Virus record (IMG/VR): IMGVR_UViG_3300030419_004766
Location: 1,945 to 65,944 of that record
Strand: one strand, 5' to 3'
DNA: 64,000 bases
Source of the DNA: a virus
Taxonomy: Duplodnaviria > Caudoviricetes
Positions 8,606-17,761 of the stretch are shown here, in pieces (the stretch's first letter is position 1; each line of letters begins with the position of its first letter). The notes beneath the pieces are model-generated. The model was not told where the DNA came from and ran no database searches. It saw nothing but the letters and a program-made list of their open reading frames with translations. The position numbers and the translations under genes are program-made.

Positions 8606-8809
8606 ATGAGTCCGACAATGAAAGCTGCTAGAGAACATTTTCACGCTAAGGCTGCGGAGGCTAGGGTAAGACTAGATCTTTACTCCAACCATCCACTGGC
8701 AGTTGGAGATCATTCTAACGTCGTGGAAGAGGTGGTGAAAGCGACCCAAGATTATGAAAGCGCAGTAAGCTGCATCGAAATTCTAGACGCGGTTAGTAAA
8801 GAAAATTAA
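8606..8809 (+). CDS. Conserved small phage hypothetical protein
   Basis: Strong SD (AAAGGAAGG); resembles small helical proteins of marine T4-like phages. Confidence 0.65.
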   Translation: MSPTMKAAREHFHAKAAEARVRLDLYSNHPLAVGDHSNVVEEVVKATQDYESAVSCIEILDAVSKEN

Positions 8810-8813
8810 TCAA

Positions 8814-9218
8814 ATGTCGTTAAGATATAAATCCAGAATAATTCTGGGAATCCTATCTATAGACCTTCACGACATGGAAACCGGCTACAGAATAGTCGTT
8901 TCTGATGAAGGCACCATTCCTTCATATGTAATGTATGGACCCCAACAGCCTATAGATGTTCTAACTAAAATATCTAAGAAATATTTAGAGATTGACCCGG
9001 AGTGGTTGGACACCAGACTTTTAGGGGTAGTCAACAAAGATACAGACAAAGGTCGTGAGCTAAATTTAAACTATGGAGTTATGATACCAAGTGATATAGA
9101 TTTAATACAAGGTAGATGGGTTGGAATTTCAGATTATTTTCAATCCAATCGAAAAAATTTGTCTGCTATAGAAACATGTAACAATATTATTCAAAATATG
9201 AGTCTGGTAGTACACTAA
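8814..9218 (+). CDS. Hypothetical protein (possible degenerate NUDIX-like fold)
   Basis: 134-aa ORF; the fold guess is weak. Confidence 0.5.
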   Translation: MSLRYKSRIILGILSIDLHDMETGYRIVVSDEGTIPSYVMYGPQQPIDVLTKISKKYLEIDPEWLDTRLLGVVNKDTDKGRELNLNYGVMIPSDIDLIQGRWVGISDYFQSNRKNLSAIETCNNIIQNMSLVVH

Positions 9219-9222
9219 TAAT

Positions 9223-9561
9223 ATGAGTAAAGAACAAATAGTAGAAAATCAGATCGCATATGTATCTTACGCAGTTGACTCTAGCGGTACTATATGGCTA
9301 GAAGCTGGATGGGGTGACGATAAAGCTCTTCAAGAATTCTCTCGAATGATGTACGAGTTGCATTCCGGCCAGTTGTTAGAGAGCACTCTAGAGTTTATTA
9401 GAGAACAGTGCGTCACTGACGAGAAAAAATTAGAATATCGTGAGATAGTAATAAAAATGAACGATTTGTTCTTCGATAAAGAGGACACAGATCTACCTAG
9501 CATCAAAGATAGCAGACCCGTTGTTAAACCTACACAGGTTTTTCCACAGTATGGTGGCTAA
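9223..9561 (+). CDS. Hypothetical protein
   Basis: 112-aa ORF in the co-oriented run. Confidence 0.6.
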   Translation: MSKEQIVENQIAYVSYAVDSSGTIWLEAGWGDDKALQEFSRMMYELHSGQLLESTLEFIREQCVTDEKKLEYREIVIKMNDLFFDKEDTDLPSIKDSRPVVKPTQVFPQYGG

Positions 9562-9593
9562 TACACCTCATTACTTTTAGTCTTGGAGGAAAC

Positions 9594-10208
9594 ATGGCTG
9601 AAAGAACAATAGCTTGGGAAAAATGGGAAGAACCCCCTGTTCCCGAGGCAACTAACTCCAACCCATTCATGAGTACAGAGATTGGGGAAGGAGAAGAAGT
9701 CACGGAGTTTGATTTATCAGATTTCTTTGACAAAATGCCTAAGTTGGTACATACTCCGGTAGGTATGTACCAAATAGACGACAGAATGAACCCAATCAAA
9801 CAGTTTGATTGCTGGTTAGGTCATACCAATTTTGATATCACAGACTCTATTAAAAATGAAATAGAATCTATATCTGGGGTAGAAGTTCTAGTAATCTTAA
9901 CAAGATATAGATTCTTTTTAGGGGTTGGAAAGCTATTTAGCTTCAGAGATGTCAGAGTTAATATAGAAAATTATACATGTGGTAAAACTTCAGAGCAAAA
10001 AGAAGATGAAGAATACCGAGAATTTGTAAAAGAAGAACTGTCTATTTACGAACATTGGGCCATATTTATATTTCCTAATGGAGAGATGGCACATATCGGC
10101 ACCAATGATGTCAATGATGAAGACTGGAAGGAAACCGTTCTACTATATAAAAATGCTAAAATGCTATCAGGCGGAACTCTAATACAATCAAACGATTTTC
10201 TAGAGTAG
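9594..10208 (+). CDS. Hypothetical protein
   Basis: 204-aa ORF with GGAGG SD. Confidence 0.7.
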   Translation: MAERTIAWEKWEEPPVPEATNSNPFMSTEIGEGEEVTEFDLSDFFDKMPKLVHTPVGMYQIDDRMNPIKQFDCWLGHTNFDITDSIKNEIESISGVEVLVILTRYRFFLGVGKLFSFRDVRVNIENYTCGKTSEQKEDEEYREFVKEELSIYEHWAIFIFPNGEMAHIGTNDVNDEDWKETVLLYKNAKMLSGGTLIQSNDFLE

Positions 10209-10240
10209 TCTGGCTGTTTTGTAGACCGAGTTAAAAATAG
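10202..10240 (+). repeat. Conserved intergenic element, copy 2
   Basis: 32/39 identity to 2212-2250; overlaps the upstream stop codon. Confidence 0.7.
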
Positions 10241-10255
10241 GACATCAAAAACATC

Positions 10256-10747
10256 ATGACAGAGAGGAAAATATACGATGAGGAATTCAACATAGCGTTT
10301 AAAAATACTAACAACGCAAAAATAATGAACAAGGTGTGTGGTTTTTATAAAAATATCATCCCAACGGAAGATCTGCATAGATGTAAATTAGTTGCTCTAT
10401 GGAAGGCTTTAGTTAAGTTTGATCCTTCTTGTGGTCAAAAATTTACTTCGTACTTGTACAATAGCATCAAGTGGGAGTGTCAAAAAGAACTATACATTAT
10501 AAATAAGTATCGAAGGGGCCTCGCATACAATGATGATTTGTCTGAATGTTTTGACGAGGATTCAACAGAGATTCTAGACGCTATAGAAACACTATCTCCA
10601 AAACTGCAAAAGGTTATCGAACAGAGGTTCTTTTACGGTCTTACTATGGAAGAAATAGGCAAAAAGAACAATTATAGCAGGGAAACCGCTAGAAGATACG
10701 TAAAGAGAGGGTTGGAAAAGCTTAAAGATATATGTAAAAGGAACTAG
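10256..10747 (+). CDS. RNA polymerase sigma factor (sigma-70 family, regions 2 and 4)
   Basis: ALWKALVKFDP..GQKFTSY (region 2); LTMEEIG...SRETARR (region 4 HTH). Confidence 0.85.
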   Translation: MTERKIYDEEFNIAFKNTNNAKIMNKVCGFYKNIIPTEDLHRCKLVALWKALVKFDPSCGQKFTSYLYNSIKWECQKELYIINKYRRGLAYNDDLSECFDEDSTEILDAIETLSPKLQKVIEQRFFYGLTMEEIGKKNNYSRETARRYVKRGLEKLKDICKRN

Positions 10748-10769
10748 GGAAAATAAGCTTTGAATTGGT

Positions 10770-10782
10770 GTATAATATACTA
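10770..10782 (+). promoter_or_regulatory. Putative -10-only phage promoter GTATAATATACTA
   Basis: Intergenic; identical to 1923-1935; no TTGACA at the canonical distance. Confidence 0.5.
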
Positions 10783-10847
10783 GGATCGGATATTCATATT
10801 AATAGGAAAAATAGGATTGATAGCCATGCACAGAAAGGTGTTTTAAA

Positions 10848-11417
10848 ATGGCTACAACTACAGTATCAGGTACAGGCAAAAAGAACAACGGGGCTACTGT
10901 CCTCGGTATCAATTCTGCCACCACCACCACGGCGGGATCTCCTGTCACGAGAACTTTTGAAGTCAAGGCTAATGCCATCTCAGAAACTCCCGACGTTGGT
11001 TATGGCGGCAAGGTAGTCGCCCTAACTGGTAGTAAGTGGAAGCCCGGCGTTCAAACTTCCAAGGGTTCTGGAACTTTGGCTTATCAGCCCAAAAAAGACG
11101 ATCCTCAGTTCTTACTCCGTGGCTATGCTTCAAAGATTAACAACGTTGCCTCAACCCTGTTGACCTTCCCCGGAAGCGAAACTGGCGAGCGCGTTGCCAT
11201 TCACGATTTGTCTGAAACTGAACGAATTCACATTACTAGCATCAATTACGTCACCGGTATCGCAACCGATGGTGGAAATGCTGGCGACAATGTTTCGTTC
11301 AATGCCGACCACGCTGCCACGCCTACTCGTGCAGTACCCGGCGAATTCACCATTTTGGAAGACTTTGTTACGTTTACGAACAACAACAAGGATTATCCTG
11401 CCAAGACTGGTGGTTAA
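10848..11417 (+). CDS. Hypothetical, probably highly expressed (candidate virion structural protein)
   Basis: Has its own promoter, AGAAAGGT SD and terminator; T/G/A/S-rich beta-type composition. Confidence 0.7.
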   Translation: MATTTVSGTGKKNNGATVLGINSATTTTAGSPVTRTFEVKANAISETPDVGYGGKVVALTGSKWKPGVQTSKGSGTLAYQPKKDDPQFLLRGYASKINNVASTLLTFPGSETGERVAIHDLSETERIHITSINYVTGIATDGGNAGDNVSFNADHAATPTRAVPGEFTILEDFVTFTNNNKDYPAKTGG

Positions 11418-11436
11418 TTGACAATTTCACAACACG

Positions 11437-11473
11437 GAGGGGTCGGTGGTCAATTGCCCCGACCCCTCTTTTT
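11437..11473 (+). terminator. Rho-independent terminator
   Basis: Perfect 10-bp stem GAGGGGTCGG/CCGACCCCTC followed by TTTTT. Confidence 0.88.
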
Positions 11474-11487
11474 ATCTTGGAGTCATC

Positions 11488-11808
11488 ATGGATTCAAGCA
11501 TCCTTTCAGTTCCTGTGTTGGCAGCGATAGTTGCCATAGTGATGGGTTTAGGGAAGGTTATTGAGGTTTTAATTTTAAAATCAGTTCCTCCAAAATCAGT
11601 ACTCATGGACGACGAAAGAGATTGGATAAAAAAGACTAACGAAATCATGTCTAAGTGTGACACAGATGGAACACCTTTGGTTTATGTCCCAAGAAGTTGG
11701 GCAGAAATACAAAAAGACATGCAACATGTGATGACAAAAATCGTAAATGATCAGAGAAGGATAGCTGACATATTAGATAGAATAGAAAAAAAATTAGAGA
11801 ACGAGTAA
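11488..11808 (+). CDS. Membrane protein with N-terminal TM helix and C-terminal coiled coil
   Basis: Start moved to ATG 11488 (GGAG SD; the 11446 start lies inside the terminator); TM VPVLAAIVAIVMGLG. Confidence 0.6.
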   Translation: MDSSILSVPVLAAIVAIVMGLGKVIEVLILKSVPPKSVLMDDERDWIKKTNEIMSKCDTDGTPLVYVPRSWAEIQKDMQHVMTKIVNDQRRIADILDRIEKKLENE

Positions 11809-12399
11809 ATGTTATTGGTCCCCTACCGCGAAGCAATGTCCCAAATTCAAGAGGCAGACGTTTTACTGTTTCGCGGTGAGGGACTAATTTCTTGGCTGAT
11901 TAAAAGATACGGCAGTGGAGTTCACAGCCATGCCGCAATGGCTCACTGGGATGACGACAACCTACAGTGTGTGGAATTTAGAGAATTCAAGGGTGGAAGA
12001 GCCGTATCTATGAAGTCTCAAGTGGAAACCCATCCCGACAATATCGACGTTTTTAGAGCGTGCAGTAATATTGAATTCGAAGATGTGGGATACAAACTTA
12101 CTAAAGATGTGGCAAACGAAATAACAGATGTCATGGGAAGTATTACTGGTCTACCATATGGATGGACAAACTTTTGGAAACTAGGAAAACACTATTTGCC
12201 ATTTTGCAGATTGGCAGAGCAAAATATAAAAGACAATGATCCTACTAACGTATTTGTTTGCAGTACAGCCGTTGTCTATGCTTACAGACAGGCGTACATA
12301 GATCCCGTGCCATATCTTGCCGACTCTGCGGTCACCCCTGCGGATCTTGCAAGGTCTTGTCTTTTCAAATACAAATTTACCATCCAAAAAGACTGGTAA
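11809..12399 (+). CDS. Permuted papain-like amidase (YiiX/YebB, NlpC/P60 superfamily)
   Basis: ADVLLFRG, His motif (HSHAAM) preceding Cys motif (FVCSTAV), and VTPADL. Confidence 0.7.
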   Translation: MLLVPYREAMSQIQEADVLLFRGEGLISWLIKRYGSGVHSHAAMAHWDDDNLQCVEFREFKGGRAVSMKSQVETHPDNIDVFRACSNIEFEDVGYKLTKDVANEITDVMGSITGLPYGWTNFWKLGKHYLPFCRLAEQNIKDNDPTNVFVCSTAVVYAYRQAYIDPVPYLADSAVTPADLARSCLFKYKFTIQKDW

Positions 12400-12489
12400 A
12401 TGCAACTTCAGGATTTAGGGATTATATTTTTAGGATTTGCAATTTCAATGATATTTTTAGGCGCTATGACGAAGGTCAAGAGCGATTGA
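12400..12489 (+). CDS. 29-aa single-TM peptide (not in ORF track)
   Basis: MQLQDLGIIFLGFAISMIFLGAMTKVKSD; ATG directly follows the upstream TAA. Confidence 0.45.
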   Translation: MQLQDLGIIFLGFAISMIFLGAMTKVKSD

Positions 12490-12500
12490 GGAACACAACC

Positions 12501-14462
12501 ATGAAAAAGCTTCTATTCTTAGCGGCTCTATTTCTTGGAGTCGCACTCAACACAGCCACAGCGAATGCTCAACGTCTTACTATAGACCAGTCGCTAGAAG
12601 CTGTTTGCAGAGTGAACACCAACAGTGGTCGCGGAAGCGGCACAGTTTTTGCCGAAGACGAAGATAATTATTACATTATGACCAACGGCCATGTGGTAGG
12701 AAGGTCATCAAGAGGAACAGTTGAATTTTTTCAAGACGGTTATAAATCTGCTAATATACCATTCAAAACAGAATATGCTGCCTATAAAGATGGCACAGCG
12801 TTAGACCTAGCTGTCCTATCGGTTAAAAAAAAGTTTTTCGGAAGATATCCCCCTAGAGTGATCCCACTGGCTCCTCGCGGTACAGAAATTAGAGCCAACG
12901 ATTTGGTTCAGGCTGGAGGATGTCCATCAGCGCAATGGGCTTGTGCTTGGAAGGGTAGAGTACTAAGAAATACCGGAGCGGTTATAAGCTTTAACGCCGC
13001 CCCAATAGGCGGCCAATCAGGCAGTGGCGTACTTGTCATCATTAAAGATGAAAAAGGCGAAGAACAAACTCGTATCGGTATTCTCTTAGCTTGGAGAGTG
13101 GGAGACGGAGCCTACACCGATGACGGCCCAACAGATTATGGCGCTGGCCTATCTCTAAAACAAATTTATGCAATTTTAGATGGAAACGGCCAAGGACATC
13201 CAATTGAAACATCTTACAAAATTATTTCTGATGTTCCTAAACAGACCAAGCCTGAAAGACTAAGTAAAGTTTGCCCACACTGTGGACACAAAATTCAAGA
13301 CCATGTTGTTATCCCCAAGGATGGTGGTCTTAGAAGAACCGAAAAGGGAGAGTTCATGTTTTGCCCAGAACTCAAGTTCCCAGACGGCGGTATTGCAGAC
13401 ACAGCAAAGTATTATGGCGGGATTAGAGTTGGCGAGTTATACGAAGGTAATGGTCTATTCCCTTGGTGTCCTCTCAATCCGTGTCCTCCTAATCGACCTC
13501 AACCACCCCAACCCGGACCCCAACCGCCAAACGGTGGAGGAAATGGTGGTGGTGGCGGGTTTAACCCTTGGCCGGGACGACCAGACCCCGATAATGGTGG
13601 ACCTACAGATCCTCCCAGTAACGATTTTGAAAAAGAGAAACAAGAATATCTTAACAAAATTGCTGAGCTTCAAGAAAAGCTTACTAATTTAGAAGCTCTA
13701 TCTGAAAGTCTAAAAGCTGAACTATCTGGAACTACAGGTAATCTACACAAGTCTCAAGACGAGGTTAATGGTCTTAGAGATTTACTAGGAAAGGTTGAAG
13801 GTCAAAAAACTAATCTAGAAATTAGAATTTCTCAACTAATTGATTTGGTTGAAGAAAAAGACAATCTCTTAGATAATTCAGGACATTACCTAGACGATGC
13901 AACTGGAGGAAATGGAAACACTGTAGAAAACGTTAGTTTTACGTTAGGCGGCGCTAGCTTAGGTATGCTTGCTCTAAAATATGGTGTTCCGTTTCTACTC
14001 AGAAGGAGAAGAAAAAGAAAAAAAGAAGATGACGAAAACGACGATAATGGGTATGATATTGATAGAGAACTCCCGTCTGATGACGGCTGTGGAGATCACG
14101 TACAGAGGCATGTTCATGAACATCAACACTACGGTATTCCAGATTGTGGACCCGTGAGACCACCAGAACATCCAGAAGAGTACGTAATGGATCGAAGAGA
14201 TCTCCCCAGAGGCAGAGGCGTAGATGAAATGCCTAACGATTTTCTCCCTTACGGATTTAAGGCGAACCCAGTATCGACCCCCGGACTAGCACCACAATTG
14301 CCACATGTACCCTTTGGTTCAAGGAAGTCTATTGGCTCAGAGCAGATTATGACTACTCTGGGAGAATTGGTTAATGAGTACGGAGACGATCACACTATGA
14401 CCGCGTTTCAGATTGACACCTTGTTACGTCAAAGACTTAAGAAGAAGTATAATATCGAGTAA
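12501..14462 (+). CDS. Membrane-anchored trypsin-like serine protease (signal peptide, protease, Cys knuckle, Pro/Gly linker, coiled coil, TM, tail)
   Basis: Start MKKLLFLAALF at 12501 with GAGG SD; triad TNGHVV / LDLAVL / GQSGSG; TM followed by RRRRKRKK. Confidence 0.8.
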   Translation: MKKLLFLAALFLGVALNTATANAQRLTIDQSLEAVCRVNTNSGRGSGTVFAEDEDNYYIMTNGHVVGRSSRGTVEFFQDGYKSANIPFKTEYAAYKDGTALDLAVLSVKKKFFGRYPPRVIPLAPRGTEIRANDLVQAGGCPSAQWACAWKGRVLRNTGAVISFNAAPIGGQSGSGVLVIIKDEKGEEQTRIGILLAWRVGDGAYTDDGPTDYGAGLSLKQIYAILDGNGQGHPIETSYKIISDVPKQTKPERLSKVCPHCGHKIQDHVVIPKDGGLRRTEKGEFMFCPELKFPDGGIADTAKYYGGIRVGELYEGNGLFPWCPLNPCPPNRPQPPQPGPQPPNGGGNGGGGGFNPWPGRPDPDNGGPTDPPSNDFEKEKQEYLNKIAELQEKLTNLEALSESLKAELSGTTGNLHKSQDEVNGLRDLLGKVEGQKTNLEIRISQLIDLVEEKDNLLDNSGHYLDDATGGNGNTVENVSFTLGGASLGMLALKYGVPFLLRRRRKRKKEDDENDDNGYDIDRELPSDDGCGDHVQRHVHEHQHYGIPDCGPVRPPEHPEEYVMDRRDLPRGRGVDEMPNDFLPYGFKANPVSTPGLAPQLPHVPFGSRKSIGSEQIMTTLGELVNEYGDDHTMTAFQIDTLLRQRLKKKYNIE

Positions 14463-14474
14463 AGGAGATATAAT

Positions 14475-15266
14475 ATGTCTGATAATTTATCAACCCCTAC
14501 CCATGACGCAATCATCCCTTACATGTTTGAGGGTGTAAAATGGGCTATCCCCAATGTTGGAGATAACAAAGAGACTCACAACCTAGCTCTAGGCCGGTTG
14601 TTTGACAAGGTTGGCGAACATCTACAGGCGTTCTCAATTAGAACAGACTGTTTTGTTCCCGGCCCACCAACACTTGGTGCTGTAAAGCATCACCATAATA
14701 TGTTTGTTCGTTTGAACGATCTTATTGATGCTAACACCAAGAGAGACAATGTGGAACGTCTTGAAGCTCATCATATTACGCACGAGCGTAGAGCATTCAA
14801 GGTCTACCCCATTAGATATTTTGATGTCAAGAATGACTACTGTCGTCGATGGATCGAGCTTTGCTTGCAGGCTATGAGCAATATTGTTCAGCTTAGCGAG
14901 AACACTTGGTCAAACGACTGGAGTGAGTCTACAGCCGTCGAAATTAAGAAGCTATTCCGTGAAGCGTATCGTCTTATGTGCGTAGAACTCTTTAGGGTTC
15001 CTTATGCCGACGCGGAAAAGGTTTTTGACAATATGACTCCGTTCTTCTTGACATCAGAGCATTTTGACAACTATGATGTCTCTCATATCCCCACTATCGA
15101 ATGGATTAAACATCCCGCTCTCGGTAGTGAGTTTACAGAAGACGAACTTAGACCTATTGCCACCAATAATGTTCCAGTCGCTCCCGGCGTTGTCGAGAAT
15201 GATGGAGACTCACCCCAGCGCGAACTCGAAAGACGTATGCAGGGTGGTGGCGAAGTGGTCAACTAG
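14475..15266 (+). CDS. Hypothetical protein
   Basis: 263 aa with strong AAAGGAG SD. Confidence 0.75.
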   Translation: MSDNLSTPTHDAIIPYMFEGVKWAIPNVGDNKETHNLALGRLFDKVGEHLQAFSIRTDCFVPGPPTLGAVKHHHNMFVRLNDLIDANTKRDNVERLEAHHITHERRAFKVYPIRYFDVKNDYCRRWIELCLQAMSNIVQLSENTWSNDWSESTAVEIKKLFREAYRLMCVELFRVPYADAEKVFDNMTPFFLTSEHFDNYDVSHIPTIEWIKHPALGSEFTEDELRPIATNNVPVAPGVVENDGDSPQRELERRMQGGGEVVN

Positions 15267-15303
15267 CCGCTAATTACACTAGGATATAAAAGGAAGGATT
15301 CCG

Positions 15304-16251
15304 ATGAAGAGGACTATTTGTATCGCTGCGTTTTTTGTAGCTTTGTTTGCTACCGCTGCAAACGCACAGGACAACGCACTCTATCAACATCTACAAGACG
15401 TTTCTGTTACCGTAAAGGCGGCAGGTGGGGAAGGCTCTGGCATTATCGTAACACGAGAAGTCGAAGTCTCCCCAAACGTCAAGCAGAAGGTCAATTTTGT
15501 TTGGACTGCGGCTCATGTTGTAGACGGCCTTAGATCAGTTAGGGTTGTCATTAAAAATGGAAAACCCACAACAGTCGTAGAGTTTAAGGACGCTCAAATT
15601 GTTAAAGAATTAGTAGAGGATGGTCGCAGGGTTGGCGAATTTAAGATGGAAGCCAAAGTAATCAAATACTCCGATGCTGAAAACGGAGAAGACTTGGCTC
15701 TCTTGATGGTTAGGAAGAAGGGGTTTATTGATAAGACCACTACTTTCTACAAAGATTCTGGCAAGCCAGTCGCTATTGGTACTGAGCTATATCATGTTGG
15801 TTCTCTACTAGGCCAAGTTGGAAGCAACTCGATGACGCGAGGCATTTGCTCTCAAGTTGGTAGAGTTCTTGATCTTGGCACTGGAGACGGAGTAGTCTTC
15901 GACCAAACAACAGTAACAGCATTTCCCGGTTCTAGTGGTGGTGGAGTATTCCTTAGCGAACGTAGCAAGGAAAAGGCCGGTCAGTATGTGGGTATGCTTG
16001 TTCGCGGTGCCGGGGAAACCTTCAACCTGATCGTTCCCGTAAGGCGAATGAGATCTTATGCTAAGAAAGAGGGTGTATTGTGGGCTATCGATACAGACGT
16101 TAAAATTCCCTCTATTGCAGATATCACATCCCTCTCGGCAGAAGGCCCAAAGGTTAAAACTACACCCGGACTCAAGACTACCAAGGACTCTGTAAAATTT
16201 CCCGTTCTTCCTTTGAGAAGTGGTGAAAAAAATGAGATCAAGCGCAAGTAG
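15304..16251 (+). CDS. Secreted trypsin-like serine protease
   Basis: Signal peptide ending ANA-Q; triad WTAAHVV / DLALL / PGSSGGG. Confidence 0.85.
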   Translation: MKRTICIAAFFVALFATAANAQDNALYQHLQDVSVTVKAAGGEGSGIIVTREVEVSPNVKQKVNFVWTAAHVVDGLRSVRVVIKNGKPTTVVEFKDAQIVKELVEDGRRVGEFKMEAKVIKYSDAENGEDLALLMVRKKGFIDKTTTFYKDSGKPVAIGTELYHVGSLLGQVGSNSMTRGICSQVGRVLDLGTGDGVVFDQTTVTAFPGSSGGGVFLSERSKEKAGQYVGMLVRGAGETFNLIVPVRRMRSYAKKEGVLWAIDTDVKIPSIADITSLSAEGPKVKTTPGLKTTKDSVKFPVLPLRSGEKNEIKRK

Positions 16252-16567
16252 TCTATTCGTTGCTTTCTTAGTTTGCACAATAGTCAATATAGGATTGACT
16301 GTGTATTACTTCGAAATGACGCCTTCTAACAAAAATACAAAACAGTCAGTGTCACCTAAGTCTCTCACTGAAACAGCAGCTTTGGCATCTGTTGTTGAAA
16401 ATGCCCACAAGCAAGCAGTCATGAGAGATACGGTTATACTGCAACAAACATTGAGAGTTCAGCACCAGCTTAACATGCACAAGACCCAAAGAATTGCCAT
16501 GTGTCCAAATTGCTCAGGTGGGTCGCCCAATACGAAGTTTAGCTACACCAAGGATGACGTTCGATGA
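16232..16567 (+). CDS. Membrane protein with N-terminal TM helix
   Basis: TM LFVAFLVCTIVNIGLTVYYF; CxxC near the C-terminus; start may be 16220 or 16232. Confidence 0.55.
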   Translation: MRSSASSLFVAFLVCTIVNIGLTVYYFEMTPSNKNTKQSVSPKSLTETAALASVVENAHKQAVMRDTVILQQTLRVQHQLNMHKTQRIAMCPNCSGGSPNTKFSYTKDDVR

Positions 16568-16607
16568 AATGGATTTCGTATAATCTTTTTTTTTCTGAGG
16601 AGTAAAG

Positions 16608-16781
16608 ATGTCTGAAAAGCTATCACTGTTAATCAAGTCTCGACGATTTTGGGTCGCCGTTGGCGGTATTCTAGTAACCACCACCAACATTCTTGGCCTA
16701 GATCTAAATCCAGAGCAAGTTAACAACATCGTCCTTCTAGGCGGCGCTTGGATTGTTGGAGACAGTCTGAGAGCTACGTAA
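16608..16781 (+). CDS. Holin-like two-TM small protein (not in ORF track)
   Basis: MSEKLSLLIKSRRFWVAVGGILV...IVLLGGAWIVGDSLRAT (57 aa); GAGGAG SD; KSRRFW start resembles small holins. Confidence 0.5.
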   Translation: MSEKLSLLIKSRRFWVAVGGILVTTTNILGLDLNPEQVNNIVLLGGAWIVGDSLRAT

Positions 16782-16789
16782 GGAATATA

Positions 16790-17761
16790 ATGGGCATAAA
16801 AGCTAAAAGTAAGATTTTAGTTACGGGTGGAAAAGGATTTCTAGGCCGTGTTGTGTGCAGAAAGCTAAAAGCTTCTGGATACAAGAACGTAATAGACCTT
16901 CCGGGTTCTCGCGCGCCAATGTCTCTTGACCTGACTAGGCACGTAGATGTAGCACATTTATTCAACTATCATAAGCCTGACATAGTAGTGCATTTAGCTG
17001 CTAGGGTTGGTGGTATTGGAGCGAACAAAGAGAACCCCGGAAGGTTTTTTTACGACAACATGGCTATGGGGCTTCATCTGATAGAAGAAGCAAGAAAGAA
17101 AAATTGTGAAAAGTTTTTATTAACTAGCACAGTTTGCTCTTACCCAAAATTCACTCCGGTTCCATTTAAAGAATCTGATATATGGGATGGGTATCCAGAA
17201 GAGACTAACGCTCCTTACGGGGTTGCTAAAAAGGCTCTAATGGAGATGCTGCAAGCCTACAGAAATCAGTATGGAATGAATGGCGTTACATTAATACCAG
17301 TTAATATGTATGGCCCCGGAGACAATTTTGATCCCAATAGTAGCCACGTCATTCCGGCCCTAATCTTAAAATTCAAACAGGCAATTGCCAATAACGAAAA
17401 AGAGGTAATAGTCTGGGGTAGCGGTAAAGCCAGCAGAGAATTCCTATATGTAGATGACTGTGCAGAAGCTATAGTCACGGCTGTTGAAGGATATGACGAA
17501 CCTCATCCTGTAAATATAGGAACAGGCAAAGAAGTTACCATTAAGGATTTAGCCACTACTATTGCAGAGTTGTGTGGATTCGAAGGAGAGATTGTGTGGG
17601 ATTCTTCTAAACCGGATGGTCAGCCAAGAAGGTGTCTTGACACACAAATGGCGAAGTCTTATTTCGGCTTTGAGGCTTCTACAGACTTACAAGACGGACT
17701 GAAGAAGACTATAGAGTGGTTCGATGAAAGTAATTTGCTCGACAGTTATACGGGCTGCTGA
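16790..17761 (+). CDS. fcl: GDP-L-fucose synthase
   Basis: VTGGKGFLG, HLAARVGGIGAN, STVCSYPK, YGVAKK and PDGQPRR motifs; likely start is ATG 16790. Confidence 0.92.
   Translation: MGIKAKSKILVTGGKGFLGRVVCRKLKASGYKNVIDLPGSRAPMSLDLTRHVDVAHLFNYHKPDIVVHLAARVGGIGANKENPGRFFYDNMAMGLHLIEEARKKNCEKFLLTSTVCSYPKFTPVPFKESDIWDGYPEETNAPYGVAKKALMEMLQAYRNQYGMNGVTLIPVNMYGPGDNFDPNSSHVIPALILKFKQAIANNEKEVIVWGSGKASREFLYVDDCAEAIVTAVEGYDEPHPVNIGTGKEVTIKDLATTIAELCGFEGEIVWDSSKPDGQPRRCLDTQMAKSYFGFEASTDLQDGLKKTIEWFDESNLLDSYTGC

Noticed and set aside
12258-12500. N-terminal 81-aa extension of the large protease ORF
   Set aside because: It overlaps the amidase gene and a small TM ORF; the signal peptide and SD point to ATG 12501.
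13490-13560. Short CCN/GGT tandem-like repeats
   Set aside because: Explained by the Pro/Gly linker codons of the protease.
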